A stretch of 64,000 nucleotides of DNA, taken from positions 32,001 through 96,000 of IMG/VR virus record IMGVR_UViG_2839026242_000001, one strand, 5' to 3'. Source of the stretch: a virus (Duplodnaviria > Caudoviricetes). The translations under genes and the position numbers were made by a program. The notes under the pieces are model-generated. The model was not told the DNA's origin. It saw only the letters and a list, made by a program, of their open reading frames with translations, and searched no databases. This document shows, in pieces, positions 1-8,221 of the stretch (within the stretch, counting starts at the first letter, position 1; every line of letters begins with the position of its first letter).

Positions 1-105
1 CCCCTTTGAGTAACATGCCGTTTGGAGTGTAATAGTAACTATCATTAATCAATGCTCTAAGAGACAAATTATCAACTCCTTTTTTTCAATCAAACCATTA
101 TTTTA

Positions 106-330
106 TTATATACTCCATGTCTCTTGGTTAGTGCCTTTTGCTCCACAATCCGCGCATTTATATTCAGCAAAATACTTGTCACCAACAGTATTGCTACTCA
201 ATCTACGTATCCGAGTGGATTTACATTTACCACAGGAAGTAATAAGTCCCGTATCTCGATGTTGTTTTAGCCAATAAACGATAATTTGCACTTTGTCTTT
301 CAAACTAAGTGGCTTCTTCAAAAAACTCAC
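106..330 (-). CDS. Hypothetical Zn-ribbon protein
   Basis: CxxC...CxxC. Confidence 0.7.
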   Translation of the reverse strand: MSFLKKPLSLKDKVQIIVYWLKQHRDTGLITSCGKCKSTRIRRLSSNTVGDKYFAEYKCADCGAKGTNQETWSI

Positions 331-356
331 CCCAATTAATTTATTTTCGATAAAAA

Positions 357-572
357 TTAGATTTGATTCAAAATTTCTTGTTCTTTCTCAGTTAACTCCC
401 ATTCAAGTTTGCTAACTACTCTACGTGTTTTACAGTGAGGACAAAATATATAAACTCTATCCTCATAGTCACCATCAACATATCCTCCAATATGCTCGTA
501 AACAAACTCTTGTCTTTCCAGCAACTTGTGCCACTTATGCTCACATTTTGGCTTCTTCTTTTTCCACCACAA
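357..572 (-). CDS. Hypothetical phage protein (Cys/His motifs)
   Basis: CEHKW...CPHC. Confidence 0.7.
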   Translation of the reverse strand: MWWKKKKPKCEHKWHKLLERQEFVYEHIGGYVDGDYEDRVYIFCPHCKTRRVVSKLEWELTEKEQEILNQI

Positions 573-856
573 GTAATTTCACTTCCAAATCAAATTAGGT
601 TTTTATCTAAACTCTAAATCCCAATGCCAATTGCCAAAAACCAAGATGCAATAACAAATAATATTCTCGATAGGAGTCCAGATTTTCACTTGCTACATTT
701 GCCCCCAACGTAAAACTCTTAGATCTCCAATTACTATGAAAACTGCAAATTAAATGTTCACTATTTAACTCCCAATGCAATTTTCTTCATCTCCCTATAG
801 GGTATGTTTTATTTCAATTGCCTCCAAAATCCACTACTTTCTATGTTACTTTTATT

Positions 857-1216
857 TTAGATTTCAGGTTTAATAAATTTTTCTCCCTCGTAAAATATTG
901 TTTTTGTTTCTGTGGGTGCAGGTAGAACTTGTTCATTTTTGTACTTAGATCTCTTGTCTAATTCCATAATGCCCAGTGTGCAATAATTCGCTGCGTCCAT
1001 CAGTGTATCACGAATGCTTTCATCCCTAACAAGCGCTTCGTTTTTATAAAGCTGCTTTAATCGGCGTAATTTGTCGTCTAGACGTATAATCAATGACAAT
1101 AGGCCATATTCTTTCCATTGCTCGCTGAATGAGTCACCATAATCTGTATTCTTTTTAATGTATATATCATGCATTTCATTTAGGATTTCATTATGCAAAT
1201 GATGATCGTTATTCAT
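857..1216 (-). CDS. Nucleotide-modification-associated (DUF1599 / MazG-like all-alpha NTP pyrophosphatase) protein
   Basis: KKNTDYGDSF...RLDDKLRRL...ESIRDTLMDAANY; start moved to the ATG with RBS at 1216. Confidence 0.7.
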   Translation of the reverse strand: MNNDHHLHNEILNEMHDIYIKKNTDYGDSFSEQWKEYGLLSLIIRLDDKLRRLKQLYKNEALVRDESIRDTLMDAANYCTLGIMELDKRSKYKNEQVLPAPTETKTIFYEGEKFIKPEI

Positions 1217-1787
1217 TAGTTTCCCCTCTTTCAAGTTTCTGTTTATATTCAAGAACTGCTCGAACATAGTTATTATCTATGTTTTTTCGTTTACTTGATC
1301 CCATCCCATAACGATAAGCTGTCAATACTCTCTTAGTCACCGTTCCTTCGTCATAACCTTCATTCAGATACTTCTTTCTGAGATAATTAACATACCATGC
1401 TGCCATTTTCGTTGAGTGGTAAGGATTAAATACATCTACATTTTTAATATTTGTTTGCTCACTAAGCCACTTAACCGTATTTCGTTTATTGATCTGAAAA
1501 AGTCCCATGCTGGAATTATCATACGAAACGGCTTTTGGATTAAATCTTGACTCTGTGTAAGCAATTGCCAACAATAGTTCAAAAGACAAGCCATACTTTT
1601 TAGATTCATCCCATATGTATTTCTGTACTTCTGAACTGAGGTTGATTTGATATGGTTTAAATGTATCTTCCTCTTGACTTGCCGCCACGACATCTTTCTT
1701 GACTTGCATCACCACAATCTGATCGGTGATATGATATACTGGAGCATTCGCTTGTAATGCGAATGCAAGCAAGAAAAACTGTACCAT
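1209..1787 (-). CDS. Secreted lytic transglycosylase (SLT domain)
   Basis: AIAYTESRFNPKAVS, GLFQIN, TAYRYG motifs; AAGGAGG RBS before signal-like MVQFFLLAFAL. Confidence 0.85.
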   Translation of the reverse strand: MVQFFLLAFALQANAPVYHITDQIVVMQVKKDVVAASQEEDTFKPYQINLSSEVQKYIWDESKKYGLSFELLLAIAYTESRFNPKAVSYDNSSMGLFQINKRNTVKWLSEQTNIKNVDVFNPYHSTKMAAWYVNYLRKKYLNEGYDEGTVTKRVLTAYRYGMGSSKRKNIDNNYVRAVLEYKQKLERGETNE

Positions 1788-1915
1788 CTCGTCCTCCTTT
1801 CTATTGAACCATAACATTTTAATTAATGATTGTCTACTATTTATTTTTATTCTCTTTAATATATTGTGAGATTTCACCTGCTTTCCCCACCATGCCAATT
1901 ACGAAATTTTTATTA

Positions 1916-2317
1916 TTAGATGTGATGATTTTCATCTAATGTCACTCCTTCCACAATATCATTGATTAATGCTTGGATTAATTGATATACACGTACAACT
2001 TCCCAGTCAAATTCTCCTGCAACCTGAATATTGTATGTATCTTTTTGTCGTGAAATTAAGATTTCAATTTTCCCATCTGATTCATCGTTAAAAAATAAGA
2101 TAACACCATTGTCTACTGCTCTAATCCCATAACCATCCAATAGATATGTTCTTTTAATTCTATTTTTAATTTTATTTAGAATATCTTCGCAAAATTTATA
2201 GTGAATCCATATTGTAAGTTTGTTATCCACTTCCTGTATTCCTCCGATTATTATATTATTTTTATATAAAGCTACAATTTGATTAGATTTTCTCGGGCAA
2301 TTGTAATGCCGTGACAA
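1916..2317 (-). CDS. Hypothetical protein
   Basis: ORF on coding strand; start uncertain. Confidence 0.55.
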   Translation of the reverse strand: MSRHYNCPRKSNQIVALYKNNIIIGGIQEVDNKLTIWIHYKFCEDILNKIKNRIKRTYLLDGYGIRAVDNGVILFFNDESDGKIEILISRQKDTYNIQVAGEFDWEVVRVYQLIQALINDIVEGVTLDENHHI

Positions 2318-2664
2318 ACACCTTGGTAGTAATTTTTTTCTGCACTATTCTGCGAAAGTAAAAAACGCTTTTCATAGTTGTCATACAGTTCTTGAAGTTT
2401 CTCTTCTGGTGTCAATTCGATTTCATATCCATTGATTAATGCTGTATAGTAAACATTAGGATTATCTTTCATAAAAATATATAATCTACTAACTATATCA
2501 TGAATATCTGCTTTTTGTTCCTTCGGCAAATCGTCAAAACCAACAACTGTTTCCCCTGAAAGTTCGTAAAATACTTTGTTAAATAGATATTTTTCATGAG
2601 TAACCATTTTTCGCATAAGCTTAAGATCGTTTGCAATTTTTTTAGGTAGTTTTACTTTTACCAT
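2272..2664 (-). CDS. Hypothetical phage protein
   Basis: ORF with AGGAG RBS. Confidence 0.7.
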   Translation of the reverse strand: MVKVKLPKKIANDLKLMRKMVTHEKYLFNKVFYELSGETVVGFDDLPKEQKADIHDIVSRLYIFMKDNPNVYYTALINGYEIELTPEEKLQELYDNYEKRFLLSQNSAEKNYYQGVCHGITIARENLIKL

Positions 2665-2698
2665 ATGTATCTCCTTTACTTTAAGAATTTGATTTTAT

Positions 2699-2920
2699 TC
2701 AAAAAACAATCTGTTTTACTAACATGAATTTCTTTAAATCATCCAACTGTTCTTTATCCAACCGGATCTCAACTACCTTATCATCACCCCTAAGAAGTAA
2801 CGTGCATTCGAAATAACTATCTTGAATAAAGTCCAGTTCTAAGTTCTCATCAAAAGTGAAATCAATCGTTGCATTGACCAATATAGCCACCCCTTTAATA
2901 ATTTTCAATAAAATCGACAT
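2699..2920 (-). CDS. Hypothetical protein
   Basis: ORF; true start probably about 2881-2890. Confidence 0.6.
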   Translation of the reverse strand: MSILLKIIKGVAILVNATIDFTFDENLELDFIQDSYFECTLLLRGDDKVVEIRLDKEQLDDLKKFMLVKQIVF

Positions 2921-2925
2921 TTGAT

Positions 2926-3297
2926 CTAGTTTTTAATTCTCCATTCGCCCTCAAAAATCTTTCTCCATGTCAATTTTTCATCTAAATTCTTTGAGTTAAA
3001 TGCAACAATCTTATCATCAATTTCTAACTCGATTTCACCACCAAAATTTAGCCAATCATATGCTTGTTTAAAATAGACGTAAGTGTATTCAGGCAAATTA
3101 ATATAACTCCAGTCATAAAGTTTTAAAGTCTGTATGTCAGCATCAAATTTCTCTGTTGGAAACCCATCATATTCGCAATAATATAAATTGCCATTGAACC
3201 ATCTTATATAAACTTCTTGAACATACTCATTATCTTTTGCTATGCCTTCAAGCATCTGATGTTTTTGTAGATTGCTCAATGCCTCCCAAATATTCAT
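2926..3297 (-). CDS. Hypothetical protein
   Basis: ORF with RBS, flanked by class I repeats. Confidence 0.7.
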   Translation of the reverse strand: MNIWEALSNLQKHQMLEGIAKDNEYVQEVYIRWFNGNLYYCEYDGFPTEKFDADIQTLKLYDWSYINLPEYTYVYFKQAYDWLNFGGEIELEIDDKIVAFNSKNLDEKLTWRKIFEGEWRIKN

Positions 3298-3323
3298 ATA
3301 TCTTCTCCTTTTTAATAAAAATG

Positions 3324-3494
3324 TTATTTCATTCTGATTTCTCTTATTTTTAGGTCGTATATAACCTCATAAATACAGTCGCAGCTTTCACATTGTCGTA
3401 TTTCTTTCCCTAACCAGTCATTGACACTGTATGTATCTTCACTTTTACATCTTGGACACAATAGTTCATCCAGTTCGATTTGCCCTTCCTGCAT
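3324..3494 (-). CDS. Small Zn-ribbon protein
   Basis: CPRC...CESC; RBS before MQEGQ. Confidence 0.65.
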   Translation of the reverse strand: MQEGQIELDELLCPRCKSEDTYSVNDWLGKEIRQCESCDCIYEVIYDLKIREIRMK

Positions 3495-3525
3495 GTCATC
3501 ACCTATTTCCATTGAAAGACTTGTT

Positions 3526-3801
3526 TTATCTAAATATCCTATCTAAATACCTATTATTTAATTCATCAATATCATTGTTGATTTTCTTAATTTTTTCATT
3601 GCTATTTTCCCAGTCACTTAAAAATTTGTTTATTATATATCTTAATTCTTCTAATTCTCTAATTGCTTGGTTAAATAATCCATATAACTCATCACTAATC
3701 GGAGGGATATTTTTAGATTCATCTCCAGCATGGAGAATATCTAAACATTCTTTGCAAAGCTTTAAATCCACACCCATAATAAGCACTGCCTTTCCAATCA
3801 A
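3526..3801 (-). CDS. Hypothetical protein
   Basis: ORF flanked by class I repeats. Confidence 0.6.
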   Translation of the reverse strand: MIGKAVLIMGVDLKLCKECLDILHAGDESKNIPPISDELYGLFNQAIRELEELRYIINKFLSDWENSNEKIKKINNDIDELNNRYLDRIFR

Positions 3802-3819
3802 ATTTGAGTTTTAAAGGCT

Positions 3820-4035
3820 TTATGTAGTTTGCAATCCCCAAAAACTCAATTCCGGTTTTGGTGTTGGGTCATCATCAATTACAATACAATCATCCTCATG
3901 AACAGCATAATCTTCTCTACTTGTAGATTTCACCCAATACCAGCCGTTAGGAGATTTTTGACCATCAATGACAAAGTACTCTTTGTCCACTTCTTTTTTA
4001 TACCAATCATTACCGTTGATAATTTTTATTTTCAA
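3820..4035 (-). CDS. Small beta-rich (SH3-like) protein, distant paralog of 27922-28143
   Basis: KIKII...WY...EYFV pattern shared with 27922-28143. Confidence 0.65.
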   Translation of the reverse strand: MKIKIINGNDWYKKEVDKEYFVIDGQKSPNGWYWVKSTSREDYAVHEDDCIVIDDDPTPKPELSFWGLQTT

Positions 4036-4108
4036 GGCAATTCTCCTTTCTAAATCAAATTGAGTTTTATAAGGTTATATTTGATTACTCCTCGAATCGG
4101 TCTAAGTA

Positions 4109-4342
4109 TTATTCAATCAACTTATAACTATATCTAATTGCCAATCCATGTACGTGGTTTAAACGATTCTGTAACTTTTCATTTTCGTAGTAATGTATAT
4201 CTCTCGCTTTAATGGCACTTTCCAAAGACTCTATAAGCCAGTCAACATCTGAAAATAATTCAGTAGTTTCTACGTCTTTTGTTAAATCATAACCCTTCCC
4301 AGTTTCCGAAAGACGATCTTTAATTTTCTTCAATCTGTCCAT
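4109..4342 (-). CDS. Hypothetical phage protein
   Basis: ORF with GGAGG RBS. Confidence 0.7.
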   Translation of the reverse strand: MDRLKKIKDRLSETGKGYDLTKDVETTELFSDVDWLIESLESAIKARDIHYYENEKLQNRLNHVHGLAIRYSYKLIE

Positions 4343-4529
4343 TTGTGCCTCCTCTATACAAAACCTAATGCAATGTTGGTTTCATTCGGTTTTATTGTCC
4401 GTCATTCCACTATTCTTTATATTCTGGCAGTGTTTCTTTAAGAGTTTGAATGATATGTGGAACTGGATCACTAGTGGAACGGATATGAATATCAATTTCC
4501 TGTAGTGCTTAGGAGCGAGATTGTCGCTC

Positions 4530-4790
4530 CTAGTGACTTCCACCGTTCAAATAAGTGTCAAACTCAGCCTTTGTCTTGCCTGTTATTTCTTTATAGGCAT
4601 CATCGATTGTAACGGTATCTGAATATAAGGTGGCACCGTTGAATTGACCACAAGCTAGGATGCCTTCGTTTTTATAAGACAGGAGTTCTTCTACCGCTTC
4701 GTCTATGGAAGAGCCCAGTAGGAATTTAATCTCTTTATACTGTTTAACCAAATGACATTCCTCCTTTATTCTCTCAGCGACAACATTCAA
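4530..4790 (-). CDS. Hypothetical phage protein
   Basis: ORF; its 3' part is duplicated as a relic at 60884-60972. Confidence 0.65.
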   Translation of the reverse strand: MNVVAERIKEECHLVKQYKEIKFLLGSSIDEAVEELLSYKNEGILACGQFNGATLYSDTVTIDDAYKEITGKTKAEFDTYLNGGSH

Positions 4791-4823
4791 ATCCCCACTT
4801 TACTTAATACACAGTTTGATAAA

Positions 4824-5030
4824 TTATACAGTGGTAATTAGCTCTTGTTCATCATCATCAACTACAGCTACCCATACTACGGTTTTCATCTTCTTGCCAC
4901 ACTTGCAATTCCACTCTTCGAAAAACCCTTTATTCTCCTTTACAGCTTCTTCGGGTTCATAATCGGTGTAATCCACATGGTTATACTCGTTGCATTTCGG
5001 GCAAGGAAAAGACAATATTGGCATATTTAA
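4824..5030 (-). CDS. Small Zn-binding protein
   Basis: CPKC...CKC; GGAGG RBS upstream of MPILS. Confidence 0.6.
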   Translation of the reverse strand, partial: LNMPILSFPCPKCNEYNHVDYTDYEPEEAVKENKGFFEEWNCKCGKKMKTVVWVAVVDDDEQELITTV

Positions 5031-5220
5031 TACCTCCTGATTTTTCAATTTGAGCATTCTGGATAGATCGGCTCTATCCAGACTAACTATTGTGATAAGA
5101 CCTCTTTTTTCATGCAGTCAGGGCATTTAGGTTGTGGTCTGTGTAAATCATCTTCATAAGGGTTTCCGCAATCCCCACAGCCCCATAGAGTTTTTGCCAT
5201 ATACCAACCCTCCGTCCTAA

Positions 5221-5403
5221 CTATTGAGATAACACTTCAAGTTCAGCTTTCAGATGTTTAACGCAATCTTTCATCGAGTGACTGATGTAACATCCCTTTT
5301 TGTAGTATTTCAGGTAGTTTTCAACCACCTGATCGACCGTGTAAGTGTAGTCTCTCTTGGCAATAAATCTCTCCACGTTCTGCCGAGCCTGTTCTTTATC
5401 CAT
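5221..5403 (-). CDS. Hypothetical protein
   Basis: AGGAGG RBS before MDKEQ. Confidence 0.65.
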   Translation of the reverse strand: MDKEQARQNVERFIAKRDYTYTVDQVVENYLKYYKKGCYISHSMKDCVKHLKAELEVLSQ

Positions 5404-5491
5404 CCGTCTTTCCTCCTTACACATTTTGTTAAGACCTAATGAAACATCTCTTTTATCTCCTTATGTATCCCACTTACTTAAGTGGGCAAAT

Positions 5492-5771
5492 CTATTCAAT
5501 CGCATCTAAAATTAAAAGAGTCGTTTTCTTCTGGTTAATTTTATCAACAACTCCCTTAATCTCAATAGCATCTCTCCCCAGCCGATATATCAACCAATTT
5601 ATCTCCTTCTTGAAGACTATTGATTAATTCGTTTAACTTTGGTCTATTTGTTGCTGTTTCAATTGAAAATTCTTCAACAATCTCAATTGCTTTATTATCC
5701 TTCAAGTATTTGTGTTGAATTTCTAAGCTTTGGCGATTGTTAGCGGAACATCAAGCGCAACCATAAATCAT
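5492..5771 (-). pseudogene. Degenerate serine recombinase (resolvase) catalytic domain
   Basis: Manual translation MIYGCA*CSANNRQSLEIQ...IVEEFS...NRPKLNELINSLQEGDKLV matches the resolvase pattern; in-frame stop and frameshift. Confidence 0.7.
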
Positions 5772-5794
5772 ATAGTTTCACATCTGCCCTTCTA

Positions 5795-6178
5795 TTAATT
5801 TTTAAATACTGGGTAAGAAATGTATGACATATCTGCAATCCCATATTTTTTATTCAACATCTTAAGATCATGTTGCATTTGAAGTTCTTTAATTTGCGAG
5901 TCGTTTTTATGTTTTCGTCTAAACCTCTCCAACTCATCTTCTTTGGTTTTTAACAAATGGCTATATATCCATGCGTATTCTTCGCGCAATTTCTGTTCTT
6001 CCTTGGCTGTATCGCAAAGACAATAATAGTCGTTTTCCTCAGCAAAATTAACGTGCTTCCTTGCTTTTTCTAAGCAATATACACAAAATACTTCTCCGCC
6101 AATATTAATGGTTTGAGTTATAGGTCTTATAATAACTCTCTTAAAGTCCATTATATTTAACCTCCTAAATAAGCCCAT
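5795..6178 (-). CDS. Hypothetical protein
   Basis: ORF with CVYC/CLC; start probably MDFKR. Confidence 0.65.
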   Translation of the reverse strand: MGLFRRLNIMDFKRVIIRPITQTINIGGEVFCVYCLEKARKHVNFAEENDYYCLCDTAKEEQKLREEYAWIYSHLLKTKEDELERFRRKHKNDSQIKELQMQHDLKMLNKKYGIADMSYISYPVFKN

Positions 6179-6225
6179 TAAACAATACTATTTATATTAT
6201 TATTTACTCATTTGTTGTCATTAAT

Positions 6226-6480
6226 CTAGTTCCTTGTTTTAATTTTATTTCTTATGAGCCTTATAAGCGCAATTATCATAAACAGCATAACAAGTAATAC
6301 AAAAGCTCCAATAACTGCACCCATTGAAATTCCCATGTCCCACCCTGTAATAATAGAGACAATGTATGATAATAGAGATACAATTAGATAAAACAACCAA
6401 AACCAAGGACTACACAAAGAATTCCAAAATTCTTTGATGCTACGCTTGATCTCTTTTCGTGCTAACAAGAAGTTCCCCAC
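6226..6480 (-). CDS. Small 2-TM membrane protein
   Basis: Two hydrophobic segments. Confidence 0.65.
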   Translation of the reverse strand: MGNFLLARKEIKRSIKEFWNSLCSPWFWLFYLIVSLLSYIVSIITGWDMGISMGAVIGAFVLLVMLFMIIALIRLIRNKIKTRN

Positions 6481-6489
6481 CCATATGTT

Positions 6490-6675
6490 TTAATACTCTA
6501 CACAATCTTCTACAGGAAGCCATGTTTCATAACCATCATCAAACCTCAATCTAAGACTACTACCTTTAATATTAATGATTTCACCAACTCGACCATAAAG
6601 CTGTCTTTTGTCGGTGTCAAAACTTGTTGAAATTACCTCAGCCCGATCTCCTACTTGATAATCATTAAAATACAT
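6490..6675 (-). CDS. Small KOW/SH3-like protein
   Basis: YQVGDRAEVI...GRVGEII...LRFDDG. Confidence 0.65.
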   Translation of the reverse strand: MYFNDYQVGDRAEVISTSFDTDKRQLYGRVGEIINIKGSSLRLRFDDGYETWLPVEDCVEY

Positions 6676-6692
6676 ATAACTTTTCTCCTTTC

Positions 6693-6917
6693 TTATGCCC
6701 AGCAGTGGACATCATCATAATTTACTTCAAATTCTTCGCCAAACTCTTTTTCATCATCCCAGTCGTAAAACTGAACGGTCAACACTCGTCCTTCATCATA
6801 CTTGACAATAAAGTTGTCTTTGCTTTTAGTCCAACCTTCTGGAATTTCAACTCCTGCACGTTGAATTGCCTTCATCATTGAATTTTCACATGGAAACTCT
6901 GCAACGTAACCCTCCAA
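6693..6917 (-). CDS. Small acidic hypothetical protein
   Basis: ORF. Confidence 0.6.
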   Translation of the reverse strand: MEGYVAEFPCENSMMKAIQRAGVEIPEGWTKSKDNFIVKYDEGRVLTVQFYDWDDEKEFGEEFEVNYDDVHCWA

Positions 6918-7021
6918 ATTACGTCTGTCAATTCCACGTATTACAATTCCTCCTTAGTTTTGGTTAATTTTATTTTTATATTTTAATTTTTATTTCTTTA
7001 AAATCAAATCAAATATCCATT

Positions 7022-7810
7022 TTATTGTAAATCTTTAAGCAACTTTTGATCAGTTAATTCATCATATGTGCTTTCAATGCGTTTATTTGCAATCTCTATG
7101 TATTTTGTTTCCGTTTCAAATCCAATAAACTTACGTCCTGTTTTTAATGCAGCTACTGCGGTGGTTCCAGATCCCATACAATTGTCTAAGACAATCTCAT
7201 TTTCGTTAGTATATGTTCGAATAAGATATTCAAATAGAGCTACAGGCTTCTGTGTAGGATGTTGTTTTTCTGCTCTATTCGCATTACTGAATTGAATAAG
7301 ATTCTTTGGGTAATATTCATTGTTCACTGATTCCACGCTATGAAAGTCACCATAATTTTCAGTGCCATTGCCTTTAATATATCCACCTTTTTTGCGAGGT
7401 TTACCTCTTACTTCCATCTGAGGATTATACGTGCATTGTTTTTTATAAAATACAACGATATCCTCAGTAACTCGAAGTGGTTGCTTTTTAGCATTTAAAA
7501 ATCCTGATGGATTCGCTTTATCCCATGTCCATGTGTATTTGAACCATTTCCTGTTGCTGTTAATCAAGTCACTAGTAAATGGTTGAGATGCAGTCAGTAC
7601 AATTGCACCATTGTCCTTAATGATTCGCTCGTATTGTTCCCACAGTTTATCCAACGGAATTACAGAATCCCATTTATTTTGCGTTGTACCATAAGGTAAA
7701 TCACAAAGGATCATATCAATATCGCCATCAGGAATTAGCTTCATACCTTCTAAACAATCCATTTGGTAAATGCGATTCAATTCAAGACTTCCTAGTAGTT
7801 CTTTATCCAA
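7022..7810 (-). CDS. Orphan N6-adenine/N4-cytosine DNA methyltransferase (beta class)
   Basis: DLPY motif IV near N-terminus, HPTQKP, LDNCMGSGTT motif I near C-terminus. Confidence 0.92.
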   Translation of the reverse strand: MDKELLGSLELNRIYQMDCLEGMKLIPDGDIDMILCDLPYGTTQNKWDSVIPLDKLWEQYERIIKDNGAIVLTASQPFTSDLINSNRKWFKYTWTWDKANPSGFLNAKKQPLRVTEDIVVFYKKQCTYNPQMEVRGKPRKKGGYIKGNGTENYGDFHSVESVNNEYYPKNLIQFSNANRAEKQHPTQKPVALFEYLIRTYTNENEIVLDNCMGSGTTAVAALKTGRKFIGFETETKYIEIANKRIESTYDELTDQKLLKDLQ

Positions 7811-8221
7811 CTTATTTCCCCCTTACAATTTGCAATTTCCCTTATATGTTTTGATTAACTTATTGATATAGTTACGATCAATACGCTTTTCTCTCCACCA
7901 ATCAAAGTCATGCTTTAGCAATTGTGACTCCATTTTATTCTTTGGGCGCAAAACCGACCACTACATTTTCTAAATGAAATACCTTTTTAATTTTATTTGC
8001 TATACAACCGATGACTCCGTGACACATTCTGTATAGTTTCCATAAGTACTTCTTTAAAATCTGGCTGCTGATCTCGTGTCTTTGTGTTACTGTAGTATGT
8101 ATTGGATTTACGTTCTTGATGGAGTGATTTCGTATCTACTTTCATCATGACCCTCCTCTCTGTTTTCCTCTTGTTTTTAATTTACCATATATTTTTAGTT
8201 ATTACAACATATTTTTGGTTA

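Larger units (their letters stand above)
4103..5436. repeat. Class II junction motif cluster (consensus about TAMNYAKTNTGWTAAGACC)
   Basis: Copies at 4103, 4808, 5051, 5084, 5218, 5418; same family at 51179, 51393, 51866. Confidence 0.65.
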
